Shown: piece by piece, positions 11,296 through 24,000 of the stretch
Layout of the letters: each line of letters opens with the position of its first letter
Position numbering within the stretch: position 1 is the first letter of the stretch
Assembly (NCBI GenBank): GCA_024679065.1
Contig: JAGIQG010000020.1
Span: 45,322,001-45,386,000 of the forward strand
Source of the DNA: Sphyrna mokarran
Taxonomy: Eukaryota
Direction: 5' to 3'
DNA length: 64,000 bases
Notes under the pieces: generated by a model
What the model was told of the DNA's origin: nothing
The model's database searches: none
What the model saw: only the letters and a program-made list of their open reading frames with translations
Position numbers and translations under genes: made by a program

Positions 11296-12955
11296 GAACA
11301 TAGAACACTACAGCACAAACAGGCCCTTCAGCCCACAAGTTGTGCCGAACACATCAAAACCTACCCAGCCATAGGCCTATCTATAACCCCCAATCCCATT
11401 GGATCCCATATACTCATCCAGAAGTCTTTTAAAAGACCCCAGCGAGTTCGCCTCGACCACCACCGACGGCAGCCGATTCCATTCACTCACCACCCTCTGA
11501 GTGAAAAACTTTCCCTAGCATCCCCTCTGTACTTGCTTCCCTGCACCTTAAATCTGTGCCCTCTCGTCGCGACCATTTCAGCCCTGGGAAATAGTCTCTG
11601 AGAGTCCACCCTATCTATTCCTCTCAACATCTTGTAAACCTCTATCAGGTCACCTCTCAACCTTCGTCTCTCCAGGGAGAACAGTCCCAGCTCCATCAAC
11701 CTGTCTTCATAAGGCATGCCTCCCAATCCAGGCAACATCCTTGTAAATCTCCTCTGCACCTTTCAATAGCTTCCACGTCCTTCCTATAGTGAGGCGACCA
11801 GAACTGCGCACAGTACTCCAAGTGTGGTCTGACAAGGGTCCTATAAAGCTGCAGCATTACCACCTGACTCCTGAACTCAATCCCTCGATGAATGAAGGCC
11901 AGTACACCGTAAGCTTTCTTAACCACATCCTCCAACTGGGAGGCCGATTTGAGAGTCTTATGGACCCGGACCCCAAGATCCCTCTGCTCTTCCACACAGC
12001 TAAGACTCCTAACTTTGATAGTGTACTCATTCATCCCGTTGGATCTGCCAAAATGGACCACAACACATTTATCCGCGTTGAAGTCCATCTGCCACTTCTC
12101 CGCCCAGTCTTGCATCCTGTCGATGTCATGCTGCAACTTTTGACATCCCTCCAGGCCATCCACAACACCACCGACCTTCGTGTCATCGGCGAACTTACTC
12201 ACCCATCCCTCCACTTCCTCATCCAGGTCATTAATGAAAATGACAAACAGCAAGGGTCCTAGAACAGATCCCTGGGGCACTCCACTGGTGACCGACCTCC
12301 ATGCAGAAAAAGAGCCATCCACAACCACCCTCTGCCTTCTGCAGGCAAGCCAGTTCTGGATCCACAAGGCCAAAGCCCCTTGGATCCCATGGCCTCTCAC
12401 CTTCTCAAGAAGTCTGGCATGTGGGACCTTGTCAAATGCCTTGCTGAAGTCCATGTACACCACGTCCACTGCTCTTCCTTCGTCAATGTGTTCAGTCACA
12501 TTTTCGAAGAACTCAATTAAGCTCGTAAGGCACGACCTGCCTTTTACAAAACCCTGCTGACTATTTCTAATCAACCTAAACTTCTCCAAATGCTCGTAAA
12601 TCTTGTCCCTCAGAAGCCTCTCCATCAGCTTACCAACCACTGAGGTCAGACTCACCGGTCGGTAATTTCCAGGACTATCCCTGTTCCCTTACTTGAAAAT
12701 AGGACCACATCCGCAATCCTCCAATCCTCCGGAACCTCTCCCGTCTCCATCGACGATGCAAAGATCATCGCCAGGGGCTCTGCAATGACATCCCTCACCT
12801 CCCACAATAACCTGGGGTACATCCCATTTGGTCCCGGAGACTTGTCTATCTTGATAGCATTTAAAAGTTCTAACACATCCGCTTCCTTAATATCTACATA
12901 CTCAATCTTTTCAGTCTGCCGCAAACTTGTAGTGCATCCTCCCAGGTCGCTTTCC
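11296..12955 (-). mobile_element. Young 5'-truncated CR1 LINE with near-intact reverse transcriptase domain (frameshifted)
   Basis: ORF 11696-12655 has YMDFSKAFDKVPH, GVPQGSVLGP, KFADD; frameshifts near 12680 and 11760; (TTCTATG)n tail; flanked by TAATA. Confidence 0.95.
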
Positions 12956-14477
12956 TAATAAACCATTGAATGTGGAAATACAAGTTGAAAACAGTTAAAG
13001 GATGCAGTATACTGGGCTATCAATAAAGGCAGAGGACAAGAGCAGGGAATTAATGATGAATTTGTACATTTCCCTACAGCATTGCATCCAGCTCCAGATA
13101 TCACACTTTAGGAAGGAAAGGAGTCATTAGAAAGGGTGCAAAAAATATTCAAATCAATGATTCAGGGATGAGAAATTTAGTTATGAAGATCAATTGAAGT
13201 TAGGATTGTTTTCCTTAATGGAAGTTGAGAGGAGATTTGATAAGAATATTCAAATTCATGAGGGATCTGGACAGAATAGATAGGGAGAAATGGTTACCAT
13301 TCAAAAGAATTGAAAGCAAGAAGGCACAAATTTAAAATACTTAGTAATAGCAAAAGTGAGATGAGTTTTTTTTAGTGCAGTGTTTAGGGTTTGGAGTATC
13401 CTGGAGGTAGATTTAATTGAAGAGTTCAAAAGGGAATTAGCATTACCAGAAAGAATGTGCAGGGTTATCGGGAGAAGGCAAGGGAAGGCATAGGATGAAT
13501 TGCTCATTCAGACAGCCAAAAGCAGGCTCAGTGATCCGATTGGTCTCATTCTGCATCGTAACAAATTTGTGATTTTGTATCATTCAGTATAAAATTGAAT
13601 ATTGCTGAAAAGAGATCTGTTATCAAAGCTTTATCATCTTGAACCTATCAGGACAAATCTAAGAAAAGTTTCAAAGGATCACAATTTATACCATAGGATA
13701 AAAGGATTGCTAATACGTTGGCCAACTCAGATTTTATGGTGGTGCCATAGAGAATGCAAGAAATTATTGACTCCCCAAGCTCCTGGGTAATTCAAAAAAA
13801 AAATCACAAGGCTTAAATATATTTATTGCAGAGAATAGGTCCCTATATATGCATGTGTCACTTCTGGTAAACAAATGAGCCAATCATGAAATCAACAGTT
13901 AATAGTGGTGTGGGCCGTTTCAGTACAATCTGTACTTTGCTTAATATGAACAAATAAAGGAACACACTGTTTGATTCAATCAGCTGGGACATACAGCCAA
14001 CATACCTGGCACCATACCGGTATTGAAATCCTTACACATTGCTCAATTGTGTGGTCAGCAAAATATTCTTTTGGATTGACAGCGGCATCCTGTTAGCAGA
14101 AAGTACCACTCCCCTAGCCATCCCATTGTAGCAGTGTAAACAGTTTGTTTAACTTGCTGTTCCGATTTGAGATATTTTATCTTTCCAAAATAATTTGCAA
14201 TAAATTGGGTACTTTTCAGGTCCAAGGAAGCCTACCTTAATCAGTCAACATACACATTGGAATTCATATGCTTTAAAATTAGCCTCGTCAGCAAATTTAT
14301 AAATGCAGCCCCAGACATCTGCTCAGATTGCAGGCTTGATGCAAAAATAGAACACAAAGATATCCTGTGGGACAATGGCTATCAGATCAACTCATTGCTT
14401 GCTGTGTATCACACAACCTTGCAAGTAGGCCAGATTGCCACTTCTGCACCATAAATAAAAGCAAATCCCACAAATTA

Positions 14478-14760
14478 GTCATAGCATCACAGAATTCCTA
14501 TAGTGCAAAAGGAGGCCATTTGGTCCATCAGATCTGCACTGACTGCAATCCCACACAGGCAGTATTCCCGTAACCCCATAATTACCCTGCTAATGCCCCT
14601 GACACTCGGATCAATTTAGCATCGCAAATCAACTTAACCTGCATATCTTTGGAGTGTGGAAAGAACTTGCAAACTCCAGACAGTGATCTGAGGCTGTAAT
14701 TGAACTCAGGTCCCTAGTACTGTGAGGCAGTGCTAACTGTAGTACCACCATGCTGCCCTA
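14478..14760 (-). mobile_element. HE1-like SINE
   Basis: Reverse complement of the ggttagcactgcctcacag...ctgtctggagtttgca body plus CR1-like tail. Confidence 0.8.
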
Positions 14761-15419
14761 TCCAAATTAATAGCAGTAAATTGAGATGCTGAGTGTCAAA
14801 GATGAGATGTTTGTGTCAAAGATTTAGTTTGGCATTGGGTTCTTTAATTTGAACCCTATGTGTAAGTGCAAAGGAAGATTCACTCTCATTTTAACTATCA
14901 AGATTGACAGTTCCGCACTACTATTTAAATTTGATCAACAATTAGGATCATAAAATGTAGTATTACTCTACTGTCTCCTGAAACCCTGATAAAATCTTTA
15001 GCAAAATTCATTATTTATTCCTTGGGCAGTAGTTGAAGAACTCCACTTTTTATTGACTTAGCTGTGTATCCTCTGTTACTGTGTACCAATGAACAAAAAC
15101 AGCTTTAACAATGATGATTTCCTTTAGCTAGCCAACACAATCATTTGCAAGTTAGGACATGATTCCCAAAAGTATATCAATAGTTTCAGGGGCTGGTTCA
15201 GAAACAAAAGTTGAATAACCATTAGAATTGCAAACTAGGATATCACATGATGCTTAAAAAGGAAGACACACTATATCACATGAAGCATCCTTTAATCATG
15301 GCACAATATAATTCAACAGCTACATGTGTAAACATATTCATATTTGAATAAAATAACCTGATCCATGTACATTCCCAATTCAACAATCATTACTGCACCC
15401 TAAATCATTAAATGTGACT

Positions 15420-16270
15420 CGTTGCATCAAAGCTAATCTGCAGAATGATAGCCGTATATCACACAAACTCCAGAGGGACAGAGGTCACCAATTTCAGTCC
15501 TGAAAAGTGCCCAGTGTACCTCTGATTTTCCTAGAAGGATAAAGTAGCTGAAAAATTTGAGTCAGTGGAAGCTAGCTGTTTTACACTGCTACCATACAGA
15601 AACACGAGTGGTATTTGTCACTCACAGCAAGCGACCATCAGACCAAAAGGATATTCTACCCATCACACAGAAAGTTAACATAGTAAATGAATTTCAGCAC
15701 TCGTGTGCTGCTATATAACCCGTTATCTCCTAAAGATTGGCAATGGATCCTATCAAAAGCATTTCCCTTCAGCAGTTACAACAGGCAAGATACAGGCTAT
15801 ACCCATTCAGCCTATGCTCGCAAAACTCAAGAGTGGCTAACATTCAATGGGAATCCATGATAGGACAACATTTGCTTAAAAATCCTGATTGTGCTAAGAA
15901 TTGCATTGACAACCAGTTTAAAATAATCAGTCAGGCTTGAAGTGTGACACACTTGCATACGCTGGAAACTACATGTACTGATACCCAGAACCCTTAGTTC
16001 TTTGCAAAGAATATGTACTCCTTTCAACAAAATAGGTGACAGCCATTCTCTGGCATGGCATTGCTCTGGCGAGTGAACCAGTCAACCTACCTGGTTTGAA
16101 TGATTAAAAAGCTTGGCAAGTTAACTGTCAGTTAATTGGTGCATTCCCCATGGCAAAGATCACATGCCAATCAATCAATATTCTCTTTATATACAAATCA
16201 TTGTTCCTTTTACATTTGGCAAGTGCCAGATGAAAAATTTCAACAATGTCTTTTTGCAGCAATATTCAAG
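15420..16270 (+). mobile_element. Degenerate Penelope-like element of a second family (GIY-YIG region)
   Basis: PEKCPVYL...KDILPITQ...ESMIGQHLLKNPDCAKNCIDNQFKIISQA...LETT. Confidence 0.7.
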
Positions 16271-16469
16271 TTTTAGATTACAAAACTAAAAGCCTTAATA
16301 GTATAACTGGGAAAAAAATCCTGTCCCTTAAAGTCAGTGATGTACTGTCACATTGCATCAAACATTAGCTTTTGACTCGTGCAGGCAGTTGACAGATCTA
16401 TCGTTTAACAATAGGCTTTTACATCTTGCTTCATAATGACAGTTCTTTTGCATCATAATGTACCATAAA

Positions 16470-16700
16470 ATCCTTACAGGAGGCCATTCAGCCTACTGAG
16501 TCTGCACTGACTGCCCACCAATCCCCACATTTACCATGGCTAATCTACCTATCCTATACACCTTGGACTGTGGGTAGAAACTGGAGTAGCCAGAGGAAGT
16601 CCTCACAGACATGGGGAGAATTTGTAGAGGTCACCCAAAGGACAAAACCAAACCCAGATCCTGGCACTGTGAGGCAGCAGTGCTAACCACTGTGCTGTTC
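16470..16700 (-). mobile_element. HE1-like SINE
   Basis: ctgtgaggcagcagtgctaaccactgtg terminus and body. Confidence 0.8.
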
Positions 16701-17349
16701 TATAATTTTGTATGCTGGTTTATTACATGAGAAGTTATTAAATATAGCAGAATATTTTGATAAGTAATCCTTGTATGTGTACTTACAATCCTAAATGGGT
16801 GTATCATTGCCTTTTCATTGTAAAAAAAAATTACTTTATCTCCTTTTCAGGATATTAGCAACAGGGTACAACCAGTTAGTTACAGGAAGCAGGTAGATTT
16901 CAGTTGCACTATTCAATCTTATTCAGTAAATCTTTGGCTTCTAGACGAAAAATCGCAGGGGAAATAGCAGCTTGTCTTGTATAGTTTGCCAAAAGATTCT
17001 TCTGAACATACATTTTGGACTATCCTCCCAATAATACAAAGCATCAACATTAGGAATGCATGACAGAAAGTGAACCTTTCTTAGCACAGCAGTCCATCAC
17101 AATGGACAAAGAAAGATATAAAGCACACAACAATATAAACAAGTGTGCAAAGATTCATTAAGAGCAGATGCAATCCACAATTAGAATACAAAAGGAAAGG
17201 GCAAAAGAAAGTTAAATATTTACATTACACAATGAAACAGAATACAAACCGGATTACAAATAAAAGATGCAAACATTTCAATACTTCCTAAACTTTAATA
17301 TATGCTTTTATTATTGTGTTCATTAAATAGGTTGAAACAAAAATTAAAT

Positions 17350-17460
17350 AAAGAACAAATTTGTATTTATACAGCATCTTTCACAATCTTAGGACATACT
17401 AGCTTTACAGGTCAATTAAGTATTTTCTGAAATATGTTGACTGTTGTAATATAGAAAATA
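17350..17460 (-). mobile_element. DeuSINE (SacSINE1/AmnSINE1-like) 3' tail remnant
   Basis: Reverse complement resembles ...ctgtaaagc...tcctgagg..gtgaaaggcgctatataaat; similar at 3405-3490 and 34310-34420. Confidence 0.55.
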
Positions 17461-20400
17461 TTATTCCAGCAGACTAGGTTTAAATTAAAGCATTACTTTT
17501 TCCCAAAACTCAGAGTCCGAATGTAAATTTCACCAGGTACAGTTACTTCCGTTTGCTCAGATTTGACCCAATCTCATCTGTGGAAGCTGAAAGTGCACAA
17601 AAAGGACTTTTACTTCAAATATGTTAGTCATAATTTCACAAACAAATGCTGCATAAATAAATCTGAGCATTTTTTCAATAAGATTTATAGTCAGTTCTAT
17701 CAAATTTTACTGAGGATATGCCATAAATAAATTGCAAGGATTGCTAAACTTGCTGTTTCTACAGGTGAGATCTAATACACCAGTAAAATTTCTGTGTTAG
17801 ATTCAAGTATGAATAATAATTGAGTATCAATTTGGGACAAAAGTAATTTTTTGCCTACTAGGAACTGGATTGAGATGTCATGAATTCAGTTCACACATTG
17901 GATCCTTAAGGGCAGCATACAGATGGTCATTCCAGAATCTGAGCCACATTTGTACCTAGGTCACTAAAATAAGCACTTAATCCAGACATATATTTTAAGA
18001 ATAATCTTTTAAATAGTAGCAAGGCTGTTCTCTTTTTTTCAATGAAGTTGCAATGTTTAACACACTGTGTGGTGTTTAACTGTAAAGTATGAAAGGCATT
18101 CATTAAACATTCAGATTACAAAATACACACATACAAGAAGCTGCAGGAACTTTCATTACATACTTTTATTCATTTTATTGAACAAAGGCAGCAATTATTG
18201 TGAGAGTTAAACCAGTAATTTTTCTTAGACTTTTTTTTGGGGGAGGGGGGAGAGAGCTCTTCTTAAGAGGCAGATTATATGAAACATAAGATAATCTGTT
18301 AACTATATGAGGGCTGAGGAATAATCTATGCAGTGACAGTAATACGGTTGACTAGAACATTTTCACAGGTAAATTAATAGCTAACTTTACCCTCATCTTT
18401 GGTGACCCATTCATGCGAGTTTGACATGGTGGGAAAACCTGACATTTTGCAGTTTGTTGTGCGTTGTTTGAATATATATAGAATCGAATAATTATAACAC
18501 AGAAGGTAACCATGCCCGCTATTTTTGGGAGCAACTCAGCTAATTCCACTATCCTACCTACGCCCAGCAGCCATGAATTTTTGTTCCAGATAGTTATCAG
18601 AATTCCATTTGGAAGTTCATGCTTAAATCTGCCTCAGCACACCCTCAAGCAGTGCCTTCCAATAAAGTGAACATACAATTCCTTAAGACTATCGACAATC
18701 AAATCGACTAGCTTCAGTAATGTACTATTGTGTTAAACAATCCTGCAAAGAAATACAATGGCACGTCAGGGCCACAAAATTAACACATCAGTGATTTTTA
18801 CGTTCTAGGGTTTAGTTTCTAAGAATCTGAAGTTTCATTTATGCTGTTTGACACAAGGAAATAGTTGTAAGATTACTCCCATACAAATATTATTTTGTGT
18901 ATTCTTTGACAATGCAAGGACATATGGTTTGTTCATGGATATTCAGTCATGGAATTGCAGAATCAAAGTGAGATCAGTAGCACTCATTGCGAGTTACATT
19001 TGCTCTTGAGCAGAATTCTGTATGTTCTAGATTCCATTAATTTTCATACAAGGCAAAACATAAACTGTTAACAGGCTATGCAGATGATCATATTTAATTG
19101 GTTTTACACATGCAAGTTGTAAATAAGCTGTGGCTCTACTTAGAGAAGAAATTGCAAAAGTAAATCATACATGGAAAACCATTACCAAAAATAGTTTATT
19201 GCACAATGCTCTCCAGCAATATTATGCACAAATTTAAGTCCCTTAACATGCTTACAGAACTTTCATACAAGATAGTTTTGCTAAGCAGACCCAGAATATA
19301 TAGACCAAATCAAAAATATGAACAGAAAGCAAAAGTCAAATTAAACTGAACGGTGAGAAGTTACTGAACAAACTATTCTACCATCTCAGAGCAGCAGCAG
19401 TTACTGAGATAGAAACAGTTAATGATGTAGTGTACAAACGGCAACAAATAATTAAAGCAGCTCGTCAGGTTCGTACATTACTTAGGCGAAGCGTCAATGC
19501 CACTGTTGAAAAAAGGAATTTGCTTTTCAGCTCACTTAATAGTGATATAAACATGCTTTCTCCATCACAGAACATTTCGCACAAATGACAGGGGAATTTA
19601 TTGCTGAGTATATTCCATAATTTTTCTAAATTGTTCCTTTTCCTAATGCAATAGTAACCCAAGATTCACAGAAATAACTTTTCTTTCTACTCATTACAAT
19701 GAGGATGCCTAGTGCCAGGGAATGAACTACTCTTCCACTGTAGGCACAAAATGTTGGCAACCAGTAACAGGCATCTGCAGTTTAAAGCTTCCTATACTTT
19801 GAGCCAAAAATGTTTCTTAGTCCCAACAGAAAAGGGCACCGTCTAGGGCCACTATGTAACATTTCCATTCTTCTGAATGTAATTGCCAACTACATGGCAT
19901 TTGTGAAGTGAGCCCATACCTACTGTAGGCTGGGCTGAAAACTTTATCTTTCTATTTGGCCCAATTCAAACAGAGTGCTAGGTGTGTTGTGTGATCCAAC
20001 CCTCTACCAATGTTGTCAAGAATCACAAAATTGCAACATTTAAATGAAGTCATGTATTAGTGTGTGCACAGAAGCAAAATATAATACACAAAAGAGCATC
20101 TTCAGCATTTGTTACTAAGATTAGGTCAAGTCAGTTTATATATTTGGACTTGGCTTCGCTCCACAAACTTGGAAATCAAAAAGGTGCAAAACATGTTTTA
20201 ACTGTGGTTTCTTTCTAAGAGGAAGAATAAGCGCTCTTTAGGTTAAGATGAAAGTGTATAAAACATAATGTCCTCAATGGAACTTGACTTACTTAGTACC
20301 AACATAGTGCTGCCCGAGCCTTAAACTAACAAATATATATCAAACTTCAAGAACTTTCAGAACCATAAAACAAAACTTACAACTTTTTAAAGTTAAAATG

Positions 20401-20791
20401 TAATTTTAATAAATTAGAATCAATATTTTTCTTATCTCTTTAAGCCCTTCCTGTATTTATTCCCCTTTTCCATCAAGGGCAGGAATCCCCAGATAGACAG
20501 TGGTGAATTTTTCCAAGTCAGTCCATGCTATTCAATGGCCCAAGGTTTGACTTTGTGAAGATAAAGTTACCTCCCACCTCCTGTTCTTTTTTTTTCCTTC
20601 TCTTTGCATGGACCCAGTAGCCGAACAAAAATCACATGTAAAAGGTGGATTCAAGCAGCTACAGGTGATATTCAAATCCATAACCAGTAGTATGAAGGAA
20701 TGTAAATAAAGCACAAGGAGGTTTGGAAAACATTCCTACTCATCAGTAATATTTAGGGTTTTTATATTCCTGGTGGTGCAGAAATTGTTCC

Positions 20792-21005
20792 CTACTGACA
20801 GGTCCTATTCAAATGGTCAGTATTTGCAGTATCATTGAGGTCAGTTTCTGTACTATTGCTGGACAGCTCTGCTGCTGCTGCTGGGGTGGCGCCATCAGCA
20901 GTAAGTTCCATCAACTGTCCTTCCATTTGTGTCCATGACGACATAGATTGGTGCACAGTTACTGTGTGCTCCTCCATCTGTCGCTGTAAACTGTCCATCT
21001 CTTGC
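20792..21005 (-). CDS. GOLGA3: GOLGA3 last coding exon (214 coding nt including TAG)
   Basis: Acceptor ctctccaaag; QEMDSLQRQMEEHTVTVHQSMSSW...HLNRTCQ*. Confidence 0.95.
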
Positions 21006-24000
21006 CTTTGGAGAGTAGATAGAGAGGATTTTTTTAAAAAAGTATAATTAGATCTGCTATATCATTGCTCACAGACAATCCTAGATGTGTATGGCCCTGC
21101 AATGATGTACTAACTGTCACAAAACAACACTTACTGAAACAAATCAAAATACTCCAAAAGCTGAGAATCTGAAATAAAAACTGAAAATACTCAGCAAATC
21201 AGGCAGCATTTGTGGAGAGACAGAGTTAACATTTTTGGTTAATGACTCTAGTCACTGACCTTGAATATTAACTGTTTCTCTTCACAAATGCTGCCTGACC
21301 TGTTGAGAAAAAAACAGAGATACAAGACTTTTAACGTATTTGTAACATGCATTATTGCTTCAAGAAACTTAAGATGTGAGGACATGACATGAGTTTGTCT
21401 CCACAAAAGTCACCCTCGAGTTATTTTGCCCAATTTTGTTTACAATGCAAGTATTTTCTCTCCTTCCTAGAATGAAGGCTTAGACGATCAGAGATATTCT
21501 CTTCTTCCCGCAGACTGCTCACAGTGGGCAGCACAGTGTTTAGCGCTGCTGCCTCACAACTCCAGGGATCTGGATTCAATTCGCAGCTTGGGTCACTGTC
21601 TGTGTGGAGTTTGCACGTTCTCCCCGTGTCTGCATGGGTTTCTTCTGGGTGCTGTGGTTTCCTCCCACAGTTCAAAGATGTGCAGAATAAGTTAAGCTTA
21701 TGAGGGGGGATCTTATTGAAACTTACAGGATACTACTATGTCTGGATAGAGTGGATGTGGAGAGGATATTTCCACTGGTAGAAAAAAATAGATACGGAGG
21801 TGCCAGCATTGGACTGGGGTAAACACAGCAAGAAGTCTCACAACACCAGGTTAAAAGTCCTGCAGGTTTATTTGATAGTAAACACCACTAGCTTTCGGAA
21901 CGCTATTCCTTCGCCAGGTGAGTGGAGAGTTCTGATCAGAACTCTCCACTCACCTGACAAAGGCACAGCGTTCCAAAAGCTAGTGGTGTTTACTATCAAA
22001 TAAACTTGTTGGACTTTAATCTGGTTTTAGAAAAACTGGAATCAGAGGGCACAATCTCAGGCTAACAGGACAATCCTTTAAAACAAAGATGAGGACGAAT
22101 TTCTTCAGCCAGAGAGTGATGAATTTGTGGAATTTTTTTTTACTGCGGAGGCCAGGTCATTGAGTGTCTTTAAGACAGAGATAGATAGATTCTTGATTAA
22201 TAAGGGGATCAGCGATTATTGGGAAAAGGCAGGGGGAGAGGGATAAGAAAAATATCAGCCATGATTGAATAATGGAGCAGACCCGATGGGCCAAGTGGCC
22301 TAACTCTGTTCTTATATCTTATGGGTTTACAGTTCTTGCTCAAGTTGTCAATGATGGAACACCATAGCAAGCTGCTTTTCCCTCCTGTTGAGTCTCTAAC
22401 ATGCAGCATCTTAAAGAGGTGGTCATTCATCATGGTTCAAACATAACTAACTGATTATTTGATAAATACTGCAAGGGTGCAAAAAAAAAAATGCCATTCA
22501 CTCTGATCCTATTATGCGTAAGAAATGCTATCTGTGATTCAGAATTTTAATTAACATTAACCTGGATAAAACATGGTAAAAATAAATCTCTCCTGTCCAA
22601 CTATTCTCCAGATTTGAAACATTAAATTAATTTTGTAGATAAGCTTAATGATTTTAGTATGAATCATTTAATATGTTCTTAGGTCATCATCTTCAACAGG
22701 ATCAGAAATCCAAGTCTGAAGACACTAATGAAAAAACAAGTTAAGCAATGGGATCAATATGAGTTGCAACTTTTGAATGTTTTTGTGTAGGATCTCTCTT
22801 GATTTGTGCTTTGTCTTAAAAGCAAGCCCTCAGCTCTTCTGGCCTTGAAAACTAAAATCCCATCTCCAAGCTCCTTTTCAATTTCAAATCCTTGACTGTG
22901 CTGTCATCTCCTATATCTAGGCCCAGCTTTCCTATAACTCCTGCTCAATCAGATTTTCATCCTTATCACAGCACCGAAACAGCCTAATGAAAGTCAGAAA
23001 TAACATTCTTTAGAACTGTAGTGCATTATTCCTCCTACCTTTTGGGCTCTTTGCAATCTTTGACACTACTGCCTGCACAAATCTCTACCATCCATCTTTG
23101 CAGTGAGATAGTCCTTGCTTAAAACGAGCCATATCTCTTCAAACAGAGGCAGAGTATCTCCTATAATAGCTGCTGCTCCATTCCTGGATCTTTCCTTTTC
23201 CCTTTCTCATCTACAAGTTGCAGGCTATTTTAAGCTTCTTTTAAGTACAGATTTTTCTTTAAATTAAGCATTCTTCTTCTAAGATTCTCATACAACATTG
23301 GCTCAAAATATGATAGAGGTGCAGTTATCATCACTTACTGCTACGAACGAGGAAATTGGATAGTAACTTCCAGTATCTGCACATGCTCATTAAACACGAG
23401 AATCAGAAGTTATTATATTGCCAGAATATCTCTAGCACTGAAAACCTATTTCACAAGCACGATGTATCATTTCACCAAATCACATTGTTGGAGACTTTAA
23501 ACCCTTTGTGTCTTATTTCTCTTGACCCCACATTTTCTCTCTTTTTACTTTGTTTGCTGTCCATGATTTTACACGGAGTTAAATATTCTAATTTACATTG
23601 CTTTCAAAGTTTGTTTATAGATCATTTAAAAAGCTAAGTTGCTGGTAGGCAGACTCAATAAGAGCTCATGATGCCAGCAAGATGTTATGAGACCCAACCT
23701 TTCTTTTTTTTTTTGGCAATGTTTAAAAACATATGGGAAAATTGAACCACACAGCTGGTGGACTACCCCCCCCCCACCTTTCCCTGCCTGAGATAACATT
23801 TGCCAAAAAAAAGGTGAAATCCCTTTGTTTTTGCTGACTAATAATTTGTGGACAGGGTTACAACAATAATCTTGTAATTAACCAAAGTTTTGGAAAATAA
23901 GTAGTATGTTCAGCCAGCTCCTAATGCATAAATAAATCTTGTGCAACTGGTGTCAACAAAATAACAAAAGCTGCCCGCTGCAAATACTGTTTTTCTTGAA

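Larger units (their letters stand above)
7280..13560 (+). mobile_element. Oldest host CR1 LINE, in three pieces (about 7280-7400, 11170-11290, 12956-13560)
   Basis: Degenerate RT-to-3'UTR sequence reads collinearly across the later insertions. Confidence 0.6.
13805..20791 (-). other. GOLGA3: Probable GOLGA3 3'UTR (extent uncertain; several candidate polyA signals)
   Basis: Follows the stop codon, U-rich on the minus strand and TE-poor; minus-strand AATAAA at 20456-20461, 19195-19200, about 18165-18180, about 17307 and 13822-13827. Confidence 0.5.

Noticed and set aside
11696-12655. RT ORF as a retron, DGR, group II intron or domesticated gene
   Set aside because: Motifs and tail are CR1 LINE ORF2; it is 5' truncated, frameshifted and has many paralogous fragments in the window
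21880-21990. Active hammerhead ribozyme as an ncRNA feature
   Set aside because: Both copies have substitutions in the catalytic core; reported only as a remnant
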